Assembly (NCBI GenBank): GCA_964574595.1
Contig: CAZNOF010000002.1
Coordinates: forward strand, 25,413 to 69,972
Direction of reading: 5' to 3'
From: an uncultured Pseudomonadales bacterium
Lineage (GTDB): Bacteria; Patescibacteriota; Microgenomatia; UBA1400; PJMF01
Length of the DNA stretch: 44,560 bases
Shown here: piece by piece, positions 25,916 through 35,253 of the stretch
Position numbering within the stretch: the first letter of the stretch is position 1
Layout: every line of letters starts with the position of its first letter
Notes under the pieces: generated by a model
Seen by the model: only the letters and a program-made list of their open reading frames with translations
Told to the model about the DNA's origin: nothing
The model's database searches: none
Program-made: the position numbers and the translations under genes

Positions 25916-27544
25916 CTACTTCTGCTTTCCCAAGATTGGTTGCGTATTGAGGGTAGGAAGATATTCCGGTTTGAGTTCGTAAATATCAGCAAATGGATAG
26001 GATCTCACTAATGAATACTTATACAGTTGTTCTGACTTATTGACTAATTTAAATGTTTGGTCATTTGGGTCATTCGTTCTCATGACAATCCAGCGTGCCC
26101 AACGGTCAGGTTGAGTGGTGCCATTGAGCCAGTAAGTGCCGGTACCTTCGTGAATGAACTTCTTCATTGGTAACCCAGAAGAGAAAATAATTGCATCGTG
26201 AGAAGCGGCAGAAATCAACACAAAGCCCGGTGTGTTCCCAGCATGTTCTTGCAACCAGCCACTCACTTCCGTCACGTTCTTCTGACTTGATCCCACGCGA
26301 CCATCATCAACTGTCACGGCGTCAAAATTGACTATAGAAAAAAAGGTGACAAAGAGTAACAGACTAATAATCAGCCAACGTGATGCTTTCAGTTTGTCTA
26401 TTAAGACTCCGACAAAAATGGCAATGGAGGGAACCATCATGACACCATAGCGAACGTTAAACCACGTATTTCCATTCAAGCCCTGAATAAAGAGCACAGA
26501 GAAGCCAAAGTACAGAGCGATGATATTAAAAATCAAAGGTGCTAGGAGTGCAAGAGAAGCGAGTCGAATTGTCGATGATACTTTTTTGTTAACAAGCAGA
26601 ATGCAGGCACCCACAAAACTAAGTAAAACAGTGAACGTACCACTGTTATAAATCATGGCATACCAATAGGTGCTGATGGACTGACCCCAGTTCTTCTGTG
26701 TTATTAACACACCTGCATCGGCTAATTGCAGTTGTTGTGCATGGGCAGAGTAAGGACCAAAAGCAAAGTAGAGTGGGTCTTTAAAGATTGCTGCATTCCA
26801 AACTACCCACAAAAATATTCCCAGTCCAGCTAAACTACAAAACAAAATGAAAATACCCTCAGCCTTTTTAAGACCACCATTTCTAAATCCATGATATGAA
26901 ACAAGGATTGCTGACATCAAAAATAAGAACCAACCATCATAACGGATGAGCGTGGACAGCATAATCCAGAATGCGACTTTGACTAAATTCAGAATTGAAT
27001 CAGTTTCGTGATAATTGAGAAGTTCGTATACGGCAATAGTCATCGTGAAGATGAGCAAAAGCTCGGTCATGGCTGTTGATTGAAGGTACAAAATATTTAA
27101 ATTTGTGACAAAGATGGCTACACCAGCTAATCGGCCAATCATGCCCACTTTGAGTTTCTCTAAAATCCGATAAATTAAATATCCAGTAGCTACAAATGAG
27201 ATCATTGACTGAATTGCTCCTGATAAACCAGAGTGCCACATGAAGTCATTCCAAATTGTTAAGACCATCAATATATGAGGCAAAGGCAACCAGACAGAAC
27301 CTAACTGTGCCATACCAGGTTTGAGACCTTCAACTACCCGACGACCAATGTCTAGGTGAGATCGGGCATCGTTGTATGCTAGACCAAGTCCATTTCTATA
27401 GAAAATAATGTAACAAGCTACTGAAATAATTGATAAAAAGATCAACAAAAGCGGCACGGCGTGTTTTGTTAGGAAGCCTTGTAATAAAGTCCAAGGATTT
27501 TTAGGAATAGAAAATGAAGTGGTAGGGTTTAAGAGGCTAAACAT
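25916..27544 (-). CDS. GT-C (PMT/ArnT/GT39-like) polytopic glycosyltransferase
   Basis: First external loop YNDARSHLDIGRR...LGSVWLPLPH, AMTE and LIRYDGW motifs; about 11 TM helices; soluble C-terminal domain. Confidence 0.8.
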   Translation of the reverse strand: MFSLLNPTTSFSIPKNPWTLLQGFLTKHAVPLLLIFLSIISVACYIIFYRNGLGLAYNDARSHLDIGRRVVEGLKPGMAQLGSVWLPLPHILMVLTIWNDFMWHSGLSGAIQSMISFVATGYLIYRILEKLKVGMIGRLAGVAIFVTNLNILYLQSTAMTELLLIFTMTIAVYELLNYHETDSILNLVKVAFWIMLSTLIRYDGWFLFLMSAILVSYHGFRNGGLKKAEGIFILFCSLAGLGIFLWVVWNAAIFKDPLYFAFGPYSAHAQQLQLADAGVLITQKNWGQSISTYWYAMIYNSGTFTVLLSFVGACILLVNKKVSSTIRLASLALLAPLIFNIIALYFGFSVLFIQGLNGNTWFNVRYGVMMVPSIAIFVGVLIDKLKASRWLIISLLLFVTFFSIVNFDAVTVDDGRVGSSQKNVTEVSGWLQEHAGNTPGFVLISAASHDAIIFSSGLPMKKFIHEGTGTYWLNGTTQPDRWARWIVMRTNDPNDQTFKLVNKSEQLYKYSLVRSYPFADIYELKPEYLPTLNTQPILGKQK

Positions 27545-27545
27545 A

Positions 27546-30500
27546 TTAGTCGCGATTCCTATTTATAAACAGCGCCATAAATTGGGTGAGCAGAACGAAG
27601 CCAATTACTCCAATGATTACTTCTGTGAATTCCCAGGCAGTCAAATATTGATGTGCGTACTCTTGAAAAATAAATGATTTAGATTTATTAGCATTCAGCA
27701 TCTGCATATTTCTAGTAAAGGTGTATCGTTCCTGGACATGACTCATTGCTTCAATTGCTAATACCTCAACTTTTGGTGGGTTTCTATTTGAAGTAACGGC
27801 TCCGATAGTGTTAACACTCACGGCATACATACCGATTACGAGTATCGTAAATAAAATCAAAATATTTTTTCTCCAATGACTAATGACTTGTCCGAGTAAG
27901 ATGGCAAGGATGGAGTATGCCGGAATCATGTATCGTGAACCGAATGCCCAGCCTCCATATGGATCTCCCCACATAGAATAGAGGAGAATATCAGCCCCAA
28001 TCACTCCTGCCAATAAATTGGTGTAGCCAATATTTCTTTTAGATAATAGCAGAAGACCAATAAACCCAATTAAAATAATTGGTGTGTAGGTAATCATTCC
28101 GCGGTCTAAGCTCAGAAAATGTTCATAAAGTCCATTTGGTAACTGTCTTGTATCAAAGAAACCTAAAGCATTTCTACTTTCTGTTTTTGCTTCAGTCTTC
28201 TCGTTGTCAGGAATTTGTTGGTTCCCAATATCGACTATGTCTGGAGTATGGAGCTCGCTGACATTTTTTGCACTTGATGCAGTTCCAGCTAACTGGAACG
28301 GATTGCCATATGACATTTGATTGAAGTACATGAAGAAAGCGATTGGTAATACCATCACGGCCATTGTGACGAGTCCTGCCCAATGAATATTGATTTGATA
28401 TTTTTTGATTTTATCTTCAACATTGACCACTCTGCCTAATGCAAACAGACCAATTGGGAACATCAAGAATAAATTGGGGTTATCTACTGAAATAGAAATA
28501 GCACAGCAGAACCAGACAATGGCTAGTGCCCAAGGACTTTTGTGTCTTAGCAACGTATAGATTGAGAAAAGAATCAAGAATGTTGAAATGTGATGCTGAT
28601 ATAAAGTTACTGCATATGGAAATGCGGGTGTGGCAAATAAAAAGAACATGGCGGCGATGGTGGCTGCACTAGGTCTAGCACCAAGTCTAATTGCAATGGC
28701 ACGAATCAGCACGGCATTAAATACGGCAAACAATGAGATGACTGCAAACGAACCAACCTGAGAGTAACCTAGTGTTTTGCCAAGAATGTACCCGGGCATC
28801 ACAATATATGAGACCGTTGGAGCAAATAGCGAAACAAAGTAGCCATTCGCTGTGGCAACGTCTGGTAAAGCAAATTTCGCAATTGGAAGTGAGAAGTGGA
28901 ATGAATGATCTTCCGCTAATGAGTAGGTGAGCGCAAATCGGCCACGTTCAGGAGAAAGTTCAAGTGGGCCATTATCCATCCAGCGATCTGAATTTAATTC
29001 TGAGCTGGTTGGGTTGCCTTTGAGTCCACGAAGGGCCGCAACTAAAATGAGCATGCAAATCAGTGCAAACCAAAGGGTGCCCGTTTTTTTAAAGAATGAG
29101 ATTGGCAATAAAAATACTTTCAGTGCCGCATTTATTTTTTCAGAAACGTTCTTTTTGAGTCGAATAATTGACATGAAGACTGACCATAAGCGTAAACCAG
29201 TAGGTGTTAAGAGTGTTTTTAAGAAGCCAGGACTCATATTATTTTCAATCGAAATTCGATGGAAAAGATACTTGTCGTCTGCTTTAGAAAATGGTCTGTC
29301 ATCAACCGTGAAGGCTGCTTCGAACTCTGCATTTTTGACAGCCGCCATAGTAATGTCCGAATAGTATCCTTTGGGATACGCAAAGTATCTTGTTTGGATC
29401 TTTGTTCTTTTTTCAAAATCTTTTTTTCCTCTCCCAATTTCGGCCGAAAGTCCGATTGGTGACAGAGATGACAGATCAGCATGAGTTGCAGTGTGAAATC
29501 CAATTTCCCAGTCTTCTTTTGCTAAAACGCGTAACTCCTTATCGTCTAGCAGTGGTAACTGATTATTCATTTCATCACGTTGAGCTTTTTCAGGATTGCC
29601 AACCATAAAAATAGTTGCGTTTTTTCGTAGTTTCTTTAACAGTGGAAAGGCGAACTCTATAACGCTCTGGTATCCATCATCAAATGTAATAGCCACTCCT
29701 GAGCCAGATTTTACTACCTGACTTAACTTACTTATTTTGAAGGTTTTATTGAGAAATGAGATCTGTTCTGAAAACTCATCAGCATCTGTAGAGAATTGCC
29801 AGTTATTCAACCCAATATTGTGATAGCAAAGGATAATTGCTTTCTCGGTTGGCTTATACAAAAATGGCAGAAGCTTGTAGATTGTTTCAAGTAAAGTAAA
29901 AGCGATAGTGTATATCTTCACAAATACTGATTTGGTTGGAACAAAATCAAAAAGTGATGTCTTTGCTGATTCTGACATGTGACTATTCTTTGCATCCAAG
30001 GCTAGTGATTTTAGTGTGCCGTAAATTGAGAGTGCTTTCCATCGTCTTTTCTCTTCGGAAGATTTTAAGAAAAGTGAGCAAAAATCTACTGCTCTATTGA
30101 TCCCTAATTGCTTTTGGTAAAGTCTTGGGATTTGTGCCAGATCATAAAGGGGATCAGAAAAAACGGCGTTTTCCCAATCTGCCAACAGCAAAGTCTTTCC
30201 ACCCACTAAGATATTGTCAGAATCAAGATCACCATGAATGAGTGCTGGTTGAATTCTCTTAAAGAGAGTTGGTGTGTACAGTCGCACGAAGACGATTGTG
30301 GACCTTAGAGTTTGTAACAAGAGGCTGGGGTTTCTAACACCAGCTTGTAGTCCGTATAAAATGCCTCTGAGAAGCAATGAAAAGGTACTTTGAGTTGCAA
30401 TCTGCTTTGCCTCCTCAGTCTTGTGGAGCTTCATTTGAATATTTGTGAGGAATCCGAAGATGTCTACCAGAGATTTGATTACAACATCTGGTTCAGAGAA

Positions 30501-30815
30501 TGTTAATTTATCGCCAGCAACGAGTTCTGTACTAAAAGTTGTTGAGTTTTTCTCAACATGTTCAGATACGAGCTGAGGAGACTGGACGGAAAAGGCTCTC
30601 CCTTTCCATGGACTCAATTTCCCAACAGCTGATAACGCATGTAACTCATTGAGCAAGAAGTAATTTTCAATATCTGGTAACAAAAAAGTATGTCGTTTAG
30701 TAAACACTTTTTTTGTGGCACTCTTTTGTAATTTTCCTAATTCTACTCGCGATTTTTTATCAACTCTGAGGATTCGATTAATGATGCTGGTAAGGTGGAG
30801 GATATTAGAAAACAT
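27546..30815 (-). CDS. 1089-aa fusion: APH/choline-kinase-like + CE4 polysaccharide deacetylase + GT-C membrane domain
   Basis: Kinase HGDLDSDNIL...LADWE...DPLYDL; CE4 CYHN, ITFDDGY, FHTATH, FAYPKG; then about 520 aa of polytopic GT-C-like sequence (ELSPERGRF, WGDPYGGWAFGSRYMIP). Confidence 0.85.
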   Translation of the reverse strand: MFSNILHLTSIINRILRVDKKSRVELGKLQKSATKKVFTKRHTFLLPDIENYFLLNELHALSAVGKLSPWKGRAFSVQSPQLVSEHVEKNSTTFSTELVAGDKLTFSEPDVVIKSLVDIFGFLTNIQMKLHKTEEAKQIATQSTFSLLLRGILYGLQAGVRNPSLLLQTLRSTIVFVRLYTPTLFKRIQPALIHGDLDSDNILVGGKTLLLADWENAVFSDPLYDLAQIPRLYQKQLGINRAVDFCSLFLKSSEEKRRWKALSIYGTLKSLALDAKNSHMSESAKTSLFDFVPTKSVFVKIYTIAFTLLETIYKLLPFLYKPTEKAIILCYHNIGLNNWQFSTDADEFSEQISFLNKTFKISKLSQVVKSGSGVAITFDDGYQSVIEFAFPLLKKLRKNATIFMVGNPEKAQRDEMNNQLPLLDDKELRVLAKEDWEIGFHTATHADLSSLSPIGLSAEIGRGKKDFEKRTKIQTRYFAYPKGYYSDITMAAVKNAEFEAAFTVDDRPFSKADDKYLFHRISIENNMSPGFLKTLLTPTGLRLWSVFMSIIRLKKNVSEKINAALKVFLLPISFFKKTGTLWFALICMLILVAALRGLKGNPTSSELNSDRWMDNGPLELSPERGRFALTYSLAEDHSFHFSLPIAKFALPDVATANGYFVSLFAPTVSYIVMPGYILGKTLGYSQVGSFAVISLFAVFNAVLIRAIAIRLGARPSAATIAAMFFLFATPAFPYAVTLYQHHISTFLILFSIYTLLRHKSPWALAIVWFCCAISISVDNPNLFLMFPIGLFALGRVVNVEDKIKKYQINIHWAGLVTMAVMVLPIAFFMYFNQMSYGNPFQLAGTASSAKNVSELHTPDIVDIGNQQIPDNEKTEAKTESRNALGFFDTRQLPNGLYEHFLSLDRGMITYTPIILIGFIGLLLLSKRNIGYTNLLAGVIGADILLYSMWGDPYGGWAFGSRYMIPAYSILAILLGQVISHWRKNILILFTILVIGMYAVSVNTIGAVTSNRNPPKVEVLAIEAMSHVQERYTFTRNMQMLNANKSKSFIFQEYAHQYLTAWEFTEVIIGVIGFVLLTQFMALFINRNRD

Positions 30816-30816
30816 A

Positions 30817-31725
30817 TTAGTGAGTGGATTCGGCAGTGAACCATTTCATCTTATAGTGAGTAATGATATATGAACTAAAAGGTAAGGATAAGAGGTTAAT
30901 CAAGGTAATTGTGATGACTCCCAAAGGGTTTTTAATAAAAGATTTGCCGCACTCAAGGAGATATCTTTTTTTATCTCTCGCAGCTTCATGATCAATAATT
31001 TCTGGGAAATAGGGTCTCAGTTCTGTGGTAAACGCAGCTGGTTGAGATCTTAATATCTGCTTCATATAGTCTTTGAAGTTGAGTGGCAATTTATAAAGAA
31101 TGTGCGCTTTTTTTGCCCACATGAATTTGTAGCCTAGTTGTTTACAGAGTAAGTACAAGTAAGTGTCTTCGTTGATGATCTGAGGGAACTTAATCTGCTC
31201 CAGAAAACTTCTTCGTAAAGCAAATGTTTGTCCACAGCAGTAAAGATTGTCACCATTGTTCATACTTCTTCGCATGGCATCAAATACTTCAAAAGAGGAA
31301 TACACAGCTTTCTGAACGAAAGTAACTGGCGTTTCAGGTTTGACGTTTCCGGCCACATACATCACATTAAGATCTGCAAACTGTTTGATGAGCTCATCAA
31401 TTGTTACGACATTTCCAAGCCGAACGTCTGCATCTACCATGACCAAAAAGTCACCTTTAATTTCTTTAAACATTTGCTGTAGGCGAGCTGTCTTACCCAA
31501 TCGTTTCTTACCATCAATCACCTTAATAAGAGCTGATCGAACTGAGTTTGCTTCAGAGACCGTGTTATCTGTGCAACCATCGCAATAAACGAGTATCTCT
31601 GTAACCTCCCAGTGTTTAGATTTTTTTTGCGCAAGAATATCATTAAGAATATTTTTAATCCCGCGCTCTTCATTAAAAGCTGGTATTCCGATGCTGATGA
31701 GTTTTTTCTGTTCAATTTTAGACAT
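30817..31725 (-). CDS. GT2 glycosyltransferase (type B, copy 2)
   Basis: IGIPAFNEE, CDGCTD, DAD and NED motifs; ends KWFTAESTH. Start moved to ATG 31725, overlapping the upstream stop. Confidence 0.9.
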   Translation of the reverse strand: MSKIEQKKLISIGIPAFNEERGIKNILNDILAQKKSKHWEVTEILVYCDGCTDNTVSEANSVRSALIKVIDGKKRLGKTARLQQMFKEIKGDFLVMVDADVRLGNVVTIDELIKQFADLNVMYVAGNVKPETPVTFVQKAVYSSFEVFDAMRRSMNNGDNLYCCGQTFALRRSFLEQIKFPQIINEDTYLYLLCKQLGYKFMWAKKAHILYKLPLNFKDYMKQILRSQPAAFTTELRPYFPEIIDHEAARDKKRYLLECGKSFIKNPLGVITITLINLLSLPFSSYIITHYKMKWFTAESTH

Positions 31726-32635
31726 ATTGTTTTGACGATCGGATCTGTTGCCAAACGTGTTTATCATTTTTTGACTGTAGTAAAGGCATGCTGACTCTTT
31801 GAATAAGCTGCAATGACAAACTTGCAATCATCCAGAATGGATCTCTAACCAAATTAGTAAGATACATCCTTATTTTAAGAGATCTTGGAACTGCATATTC
31901 TACCTCAACTGCTTGTCCAAAATAACCCTCAATATCATTTGCTGAGGCAAAAAATCTTGATGTTTGAAGCAGAAAATCATGGAGAGTACTCGGAACTTGA
32001 TAATAGACAATTGCATTCTTAGCAAATCTAAATAAGTGCTTTCTTTGTGTGACAAAGAAATACATGTAGTGATCATCAGCTACGAGTTTTTTAGGTAACT
32101 TCGTTCCCTTGATCACAGAAGTTCTAATGGCCGAAATACATCCAGGGTTGTTATGAACGTTGTGTCCCTCGCGAATTTGTTCTGTAATACTTCGCCAAAT
32201 TAAGTCATATTTGGCTAATGCAGTTTGAACAAATGTAGTGCCTTTGGTGGGTATGTTTCTTCCACCAACAAGCCCCACGTTAGAGTCTTTGAACGGTTTG
32301 ATGAGTTTTGAAATTAGAAATTTATCAGTGATTTTTACATCAGCATCTAAATTGACAGTGATATCACTGTTAGTAGATTGGTAAAAATTATTTAATCTGA
32401 GTGCTTTGCCTTTTCTCTTACCGTCATTTTGGATTAAAATCTCAGGATGCTTTTTAGCAAATTGGCGGGCTAATTCTTCAGTCTTGTCAGTGCAACCATC
32501 GCAAATGACCTCTATGACATCTAATTTGTAGCCTAGCTGCTTTTGATTCACTAATGCTCGCAAGAGCTGCAGAATTGTTGTTTCTTCATTATGAGCAGGG
32601 ATGACAATAGAGACGGTGAGCAAGTGTTGTTTCAT
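31718..32635 (-). CDS. GT2 glycosyltransferase (type A, copy 2)
   Basis: VIPAHNEE, CDGCTD, DAD and ADDHY motifs; ATG 32635 preceded by AGGA. Confidence 0.9.
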   Translation of the reverse strand: MKQHLLTVSIVIPAHNEETTILQLLRALVNQKQLGYKLDVIEVICDGCTDKTEELARQFAKKHPEILIQNDGKRKGKALRLNNFYQSTNSDITVNLDADVKITDKFLISKLIKPFKDSNVGLVGGRNIPTKGTTFVQTALAKYDLIWRSITEQIREGHNVHNNPGCISAIRTSVIKGTKLPKKLVADDHYMYFFVTQRKHLFRFAKNAIVYYQVPSTLHDFLLQTSRFFASANDIEGYFGQAVEVEYAVPRSLKIRMYLTNLVRDPFWMIASLSLQLIQRVSMPLLQSKNDKHVWQQIRSSKQYV

Positions 32636-32642
32636 GATAGTC

Positions 32643-34346
32643 CTATGCAAGTCCCGTAGAGGTATATCGTTCTTTCAACTGGAGGATCTTTACAAACAAT
32701 GATTCCAACCAAAGTCCTGTCTCTGTTAAGTATACAGCTAGGAATTTGTCATCAACTTGCCCTTCAAGTGGAATTCTATGGATCAAGAAAGGATCGGAAT
32801 TTGAACCGGCTGGTTTCCCATCAACTGTAAAGGCATTTTTAAACTTAGCCTCCTTCACGACGTTAATGACATCTTCTGAGTAATACCCACGAGGATAGGC
32901 AAAAAACTTCAACTTAAGTCCAAGGCGCTTTTCAAGTTGTCTCTTTCCATCCTTTATTTCGCTCTTCAATTCTGGAGCTGATAAATGTGCAAGATCAGCA
33001 TGGGTTTTGGTGTGGAACCCAATCTCCCAACCATTGCTGATGAGTTTTTTAATTTGCGTATCTGTGGCAAGAGGCAGGATATTGTCGAGTTCTTCACGGT
33101 TTGGTTCTTTGGCATTCCCTATCATGAACACAGTAGCTGGTTTCTTCATTTTCTTAAGGACAGGTACGGCATATTTTGTCAGGTCTGCATAACCATCATC
33201 AAATGTAATCGCAACACCATTTCGATTTTTTAGTAAATTCGATAGTGAGGTAATTTCGAATTTTGTATTTAAAAATTCCAACTGCTTTTTGAAAGAGTCA
33301 GGTGGAGTTGTAAATCTCCATTTGTCATTTCCTACATTGTGATAGCACAAAATCATGGGCTCAGAAATGGGCTTGTTTGCAAACGGAAATATCTTATAGA
33401 GCATTTCCAATGCTGAGTAAGAAAAATAAAAAATTCTTTCATATAAGGACTTAGATGGTTCCTCGACTCTTTGCTCTTTGAAGGTATTAAGGCAAGCCAG
33501 GGCAGATGCAAACATATGTGTCTGTTTCGGCTTAATAGCAAGTGATTGAAGTGTTCCGTAGTAAGAAAGAGCAGTCCATCTTGCTCGATCAAAGGTGCTT
33601 TCCAGTTGTTCAAGACAGAAGTTAGTAGCTTCTTCCATACCTATAAACCGACCGTAAAGCCGTGGCACTTGTGCCAAGTCATAGAGAGGATCACTTAAAA
33701 CGGCGTTTTCCCAGTCTGCCAATAAAAGATGCTTGCCGCGGATCATGATATTGTCTGGATCAATGTCTCGGTGAGTCAGTACCATTGGAATCTGCTGAGA
33801 AAGAGCAGGTGAGTACTTTATAGAGAAGTCCCAAGTCATTTTAAAACAATCAACTGCAAGGCGAGGGTTTTTTACTATTGCTTGTGCCCCATACAATAAA
33901 CCACTCCAGTAAATATCTTTTGGTGTTCTAGTTCCTAGCAAAGGCTCTTGTTGGATTCTTCTTCTTTGTAAATAGTTTATATAGCCAATGACATCTTTTA
34001 GAGCAGGTAAGAAGAGCTTCTTTTCTGAATCGGCTAGTTTCTTGCCATCAAAAAATGAAGTAGAAAAAAGTAACTTGTGAGAAGTAATCGTTTTGTTAAC
34101 TAGTTTTGGAATTTCTACGACGAAGTTCTTTCCTTTCCAGGGCGAGAGCGATTCTAATTGTTGTAATTCTTTTAACTCATTCTGAAGATAGTACCTATCG
34201 ATATCTAACAAGATCCCAGTGTGTTTTTTCCAAAGCAACTTTTGTGAACGTGATTTTGTTTTTTGTGTGACAAATACACGCTCAGACCTATCCCTTGAGA
34301 GAAGAGCATTCACTTTTGCTGAAAGATGCAGTAAGTTTACGTACAT
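32643..34346 (-). CDS. 567-aa fusion: APH/choline-kinase-like + CE4 polysaccharide deacetylase
   Basis: HRDIDPDNIM...LADWE...DPLYDL; CYHN, ITFDDGY, FHTKTH, FAYPRG; no signal peptide. Confidence 0.88.
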   Translation of the reverse strand: MYVNLLHLSAKVNALLSRDRSERVFVTQKTKSRSQKLLWKKHTGILLDIDRYYLQNELKELQQLESLSPWKGKNFVVEIPKLVNKTITSHKLLFSTSFFDGKKLADSEKKLFLPALKDVIGYINYLQRRRIQQEPLLGTRTPKDIYWSGLLYGAQAIVKNPRLAVDCFKMTWDFSIKYSPALSQQIPMVLTHRDIDPDNIMIRGKHLLLADWENAVLSDPLYDLAQVPRLYGRFIGMEEATNFCLEQLESTFDRARWTALSYYGTLQSLAIKPKQTHMFASALACLNTFKEQRVEEPSKSLYERIFYFSYSALEMLYKIFPFANKPISEPMILCYHNVGNDKWRFTTPPDSFKKQLEFLNTKFEITSLSNLLKNRNGVAITFDDGYADLTKYAVPVLKKMKKPATVFMIGNAKEPNREELDNILPLATDTQIKKLISNGWEIGFHTKTHADLAHLSAPELKSEIKDGKRQLEKRLGLKLKFFAYPRGYYSEDVINVVKEAKFKNAFTVDGKPAGSNSDPFLIHRIPLEGQVDDKFLAVYLTETGLWLESLFVKILQLKERYTSTGLA

Positions 34347-34347
34347 A

Positions 34348-35253
34348 TTAATGAGTGGACTCCGCCGTAAACCACTTCAAATTATAATGAGAAATTACAT
34401 GAGAAATGAACGGTTTACAGCCCAAATTAATGAGAATTGCAGTTAAGACAGCTAATGGATCTTTCAGAAGAACATTTATTACTTCATTGCGATATAGTTT
34501 GCTATCTCGATTAAGCTCTTCATCAATTAAACTTGGAAAGAGAGGACCTAGTTCAACCTGCAGTGCCGTTGGTTCAGATCGCATAATTTGTTTTATGTAA
34601 TCTCTAAAATTTAATGGCAGTTTATAGTACATGATTGCTTTTTGAGCCCAAACAAAGTCCCAGCCCTGTTGCTTGCAAAATAGATAAATGTAAATATCTT
34701 CATTTACAATATTCGGGAAGTTGATACTTCTGGCAAACTGTTTGTCCAAAGCAAGACAGGCAGCGCAACAATATAAATTGTTTCCATTATTTTGTTTTGT
34801 TCTGACTTGGTCATACACAGTGAACGTTGAGTACACAGCTCGCTGCACAAACGTCTTTGGCGCTTCAGCTCTTATATTTCCTGCAACCAACTTAATTTTT
34901 GGATTTGAGAATTTTTTTACAATTTCAGAAAGCACGTACTTACCATCTAGTCTCAAGTCAGCATCGATTGTGATGATGAGGTCACTATTAAAATCCTGAA
35001 ACATTTGTTGTAGACGATGTGTCTTTCCTAGACGTTCTTTACTATCTAAAACTTTAATTCTTCGATCCTTAATTCCTTTGGCAATCTTGGCTGTATCATC
35101 AGAACAGCCATCGCAATAGACGAGAATTTCTTTCAATTTCCATGAAGAGTTTTCTTTTTGACTTAAAATATCCTGTAGGACGAGAGCAATTCCATTTGCT
35201 TCGTTATAAGCGGGGATTCCCACACTGACTTGAATTATTTTATTGCTTTTCAT
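34348..35253 (-). CDS. GT2 glycosyltransferase (type B, copy 1)
   Basis: VGIPAYNEA, CDGCSD, DAD and NED motifs; ends KWFTAESTH. ATG 35253 forms an ATGA overlap with the upstream stop. Confidence 0.9.
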   Translation of the reverse strand: MKSNKIIQVSVGIPAYNEANGIALVLQDILSQKENSSWKLKEILVYCDGCSDDTAKIAKGIKDRRIKVLDSKERLGKTHRLQQMFQDFNSDLIITIDADLRLDGKYVLSEIVKKFSNPKIKLVAGNIRAEAPKTFVQRAVYSTFTVYDQVRTKQNNGNNLYCCAACLALDKQFARSINFPNIVNEDIYIYLFCKQQGWDFVWAQKAIMYYKLPLNFRDYIKQIMRSEPTALQVELGPLFPSLIDEELNRDSKLYRNEVINVLLKDPLAVLTAILINLGCKPFISHVISHYNLKWFTAESTH

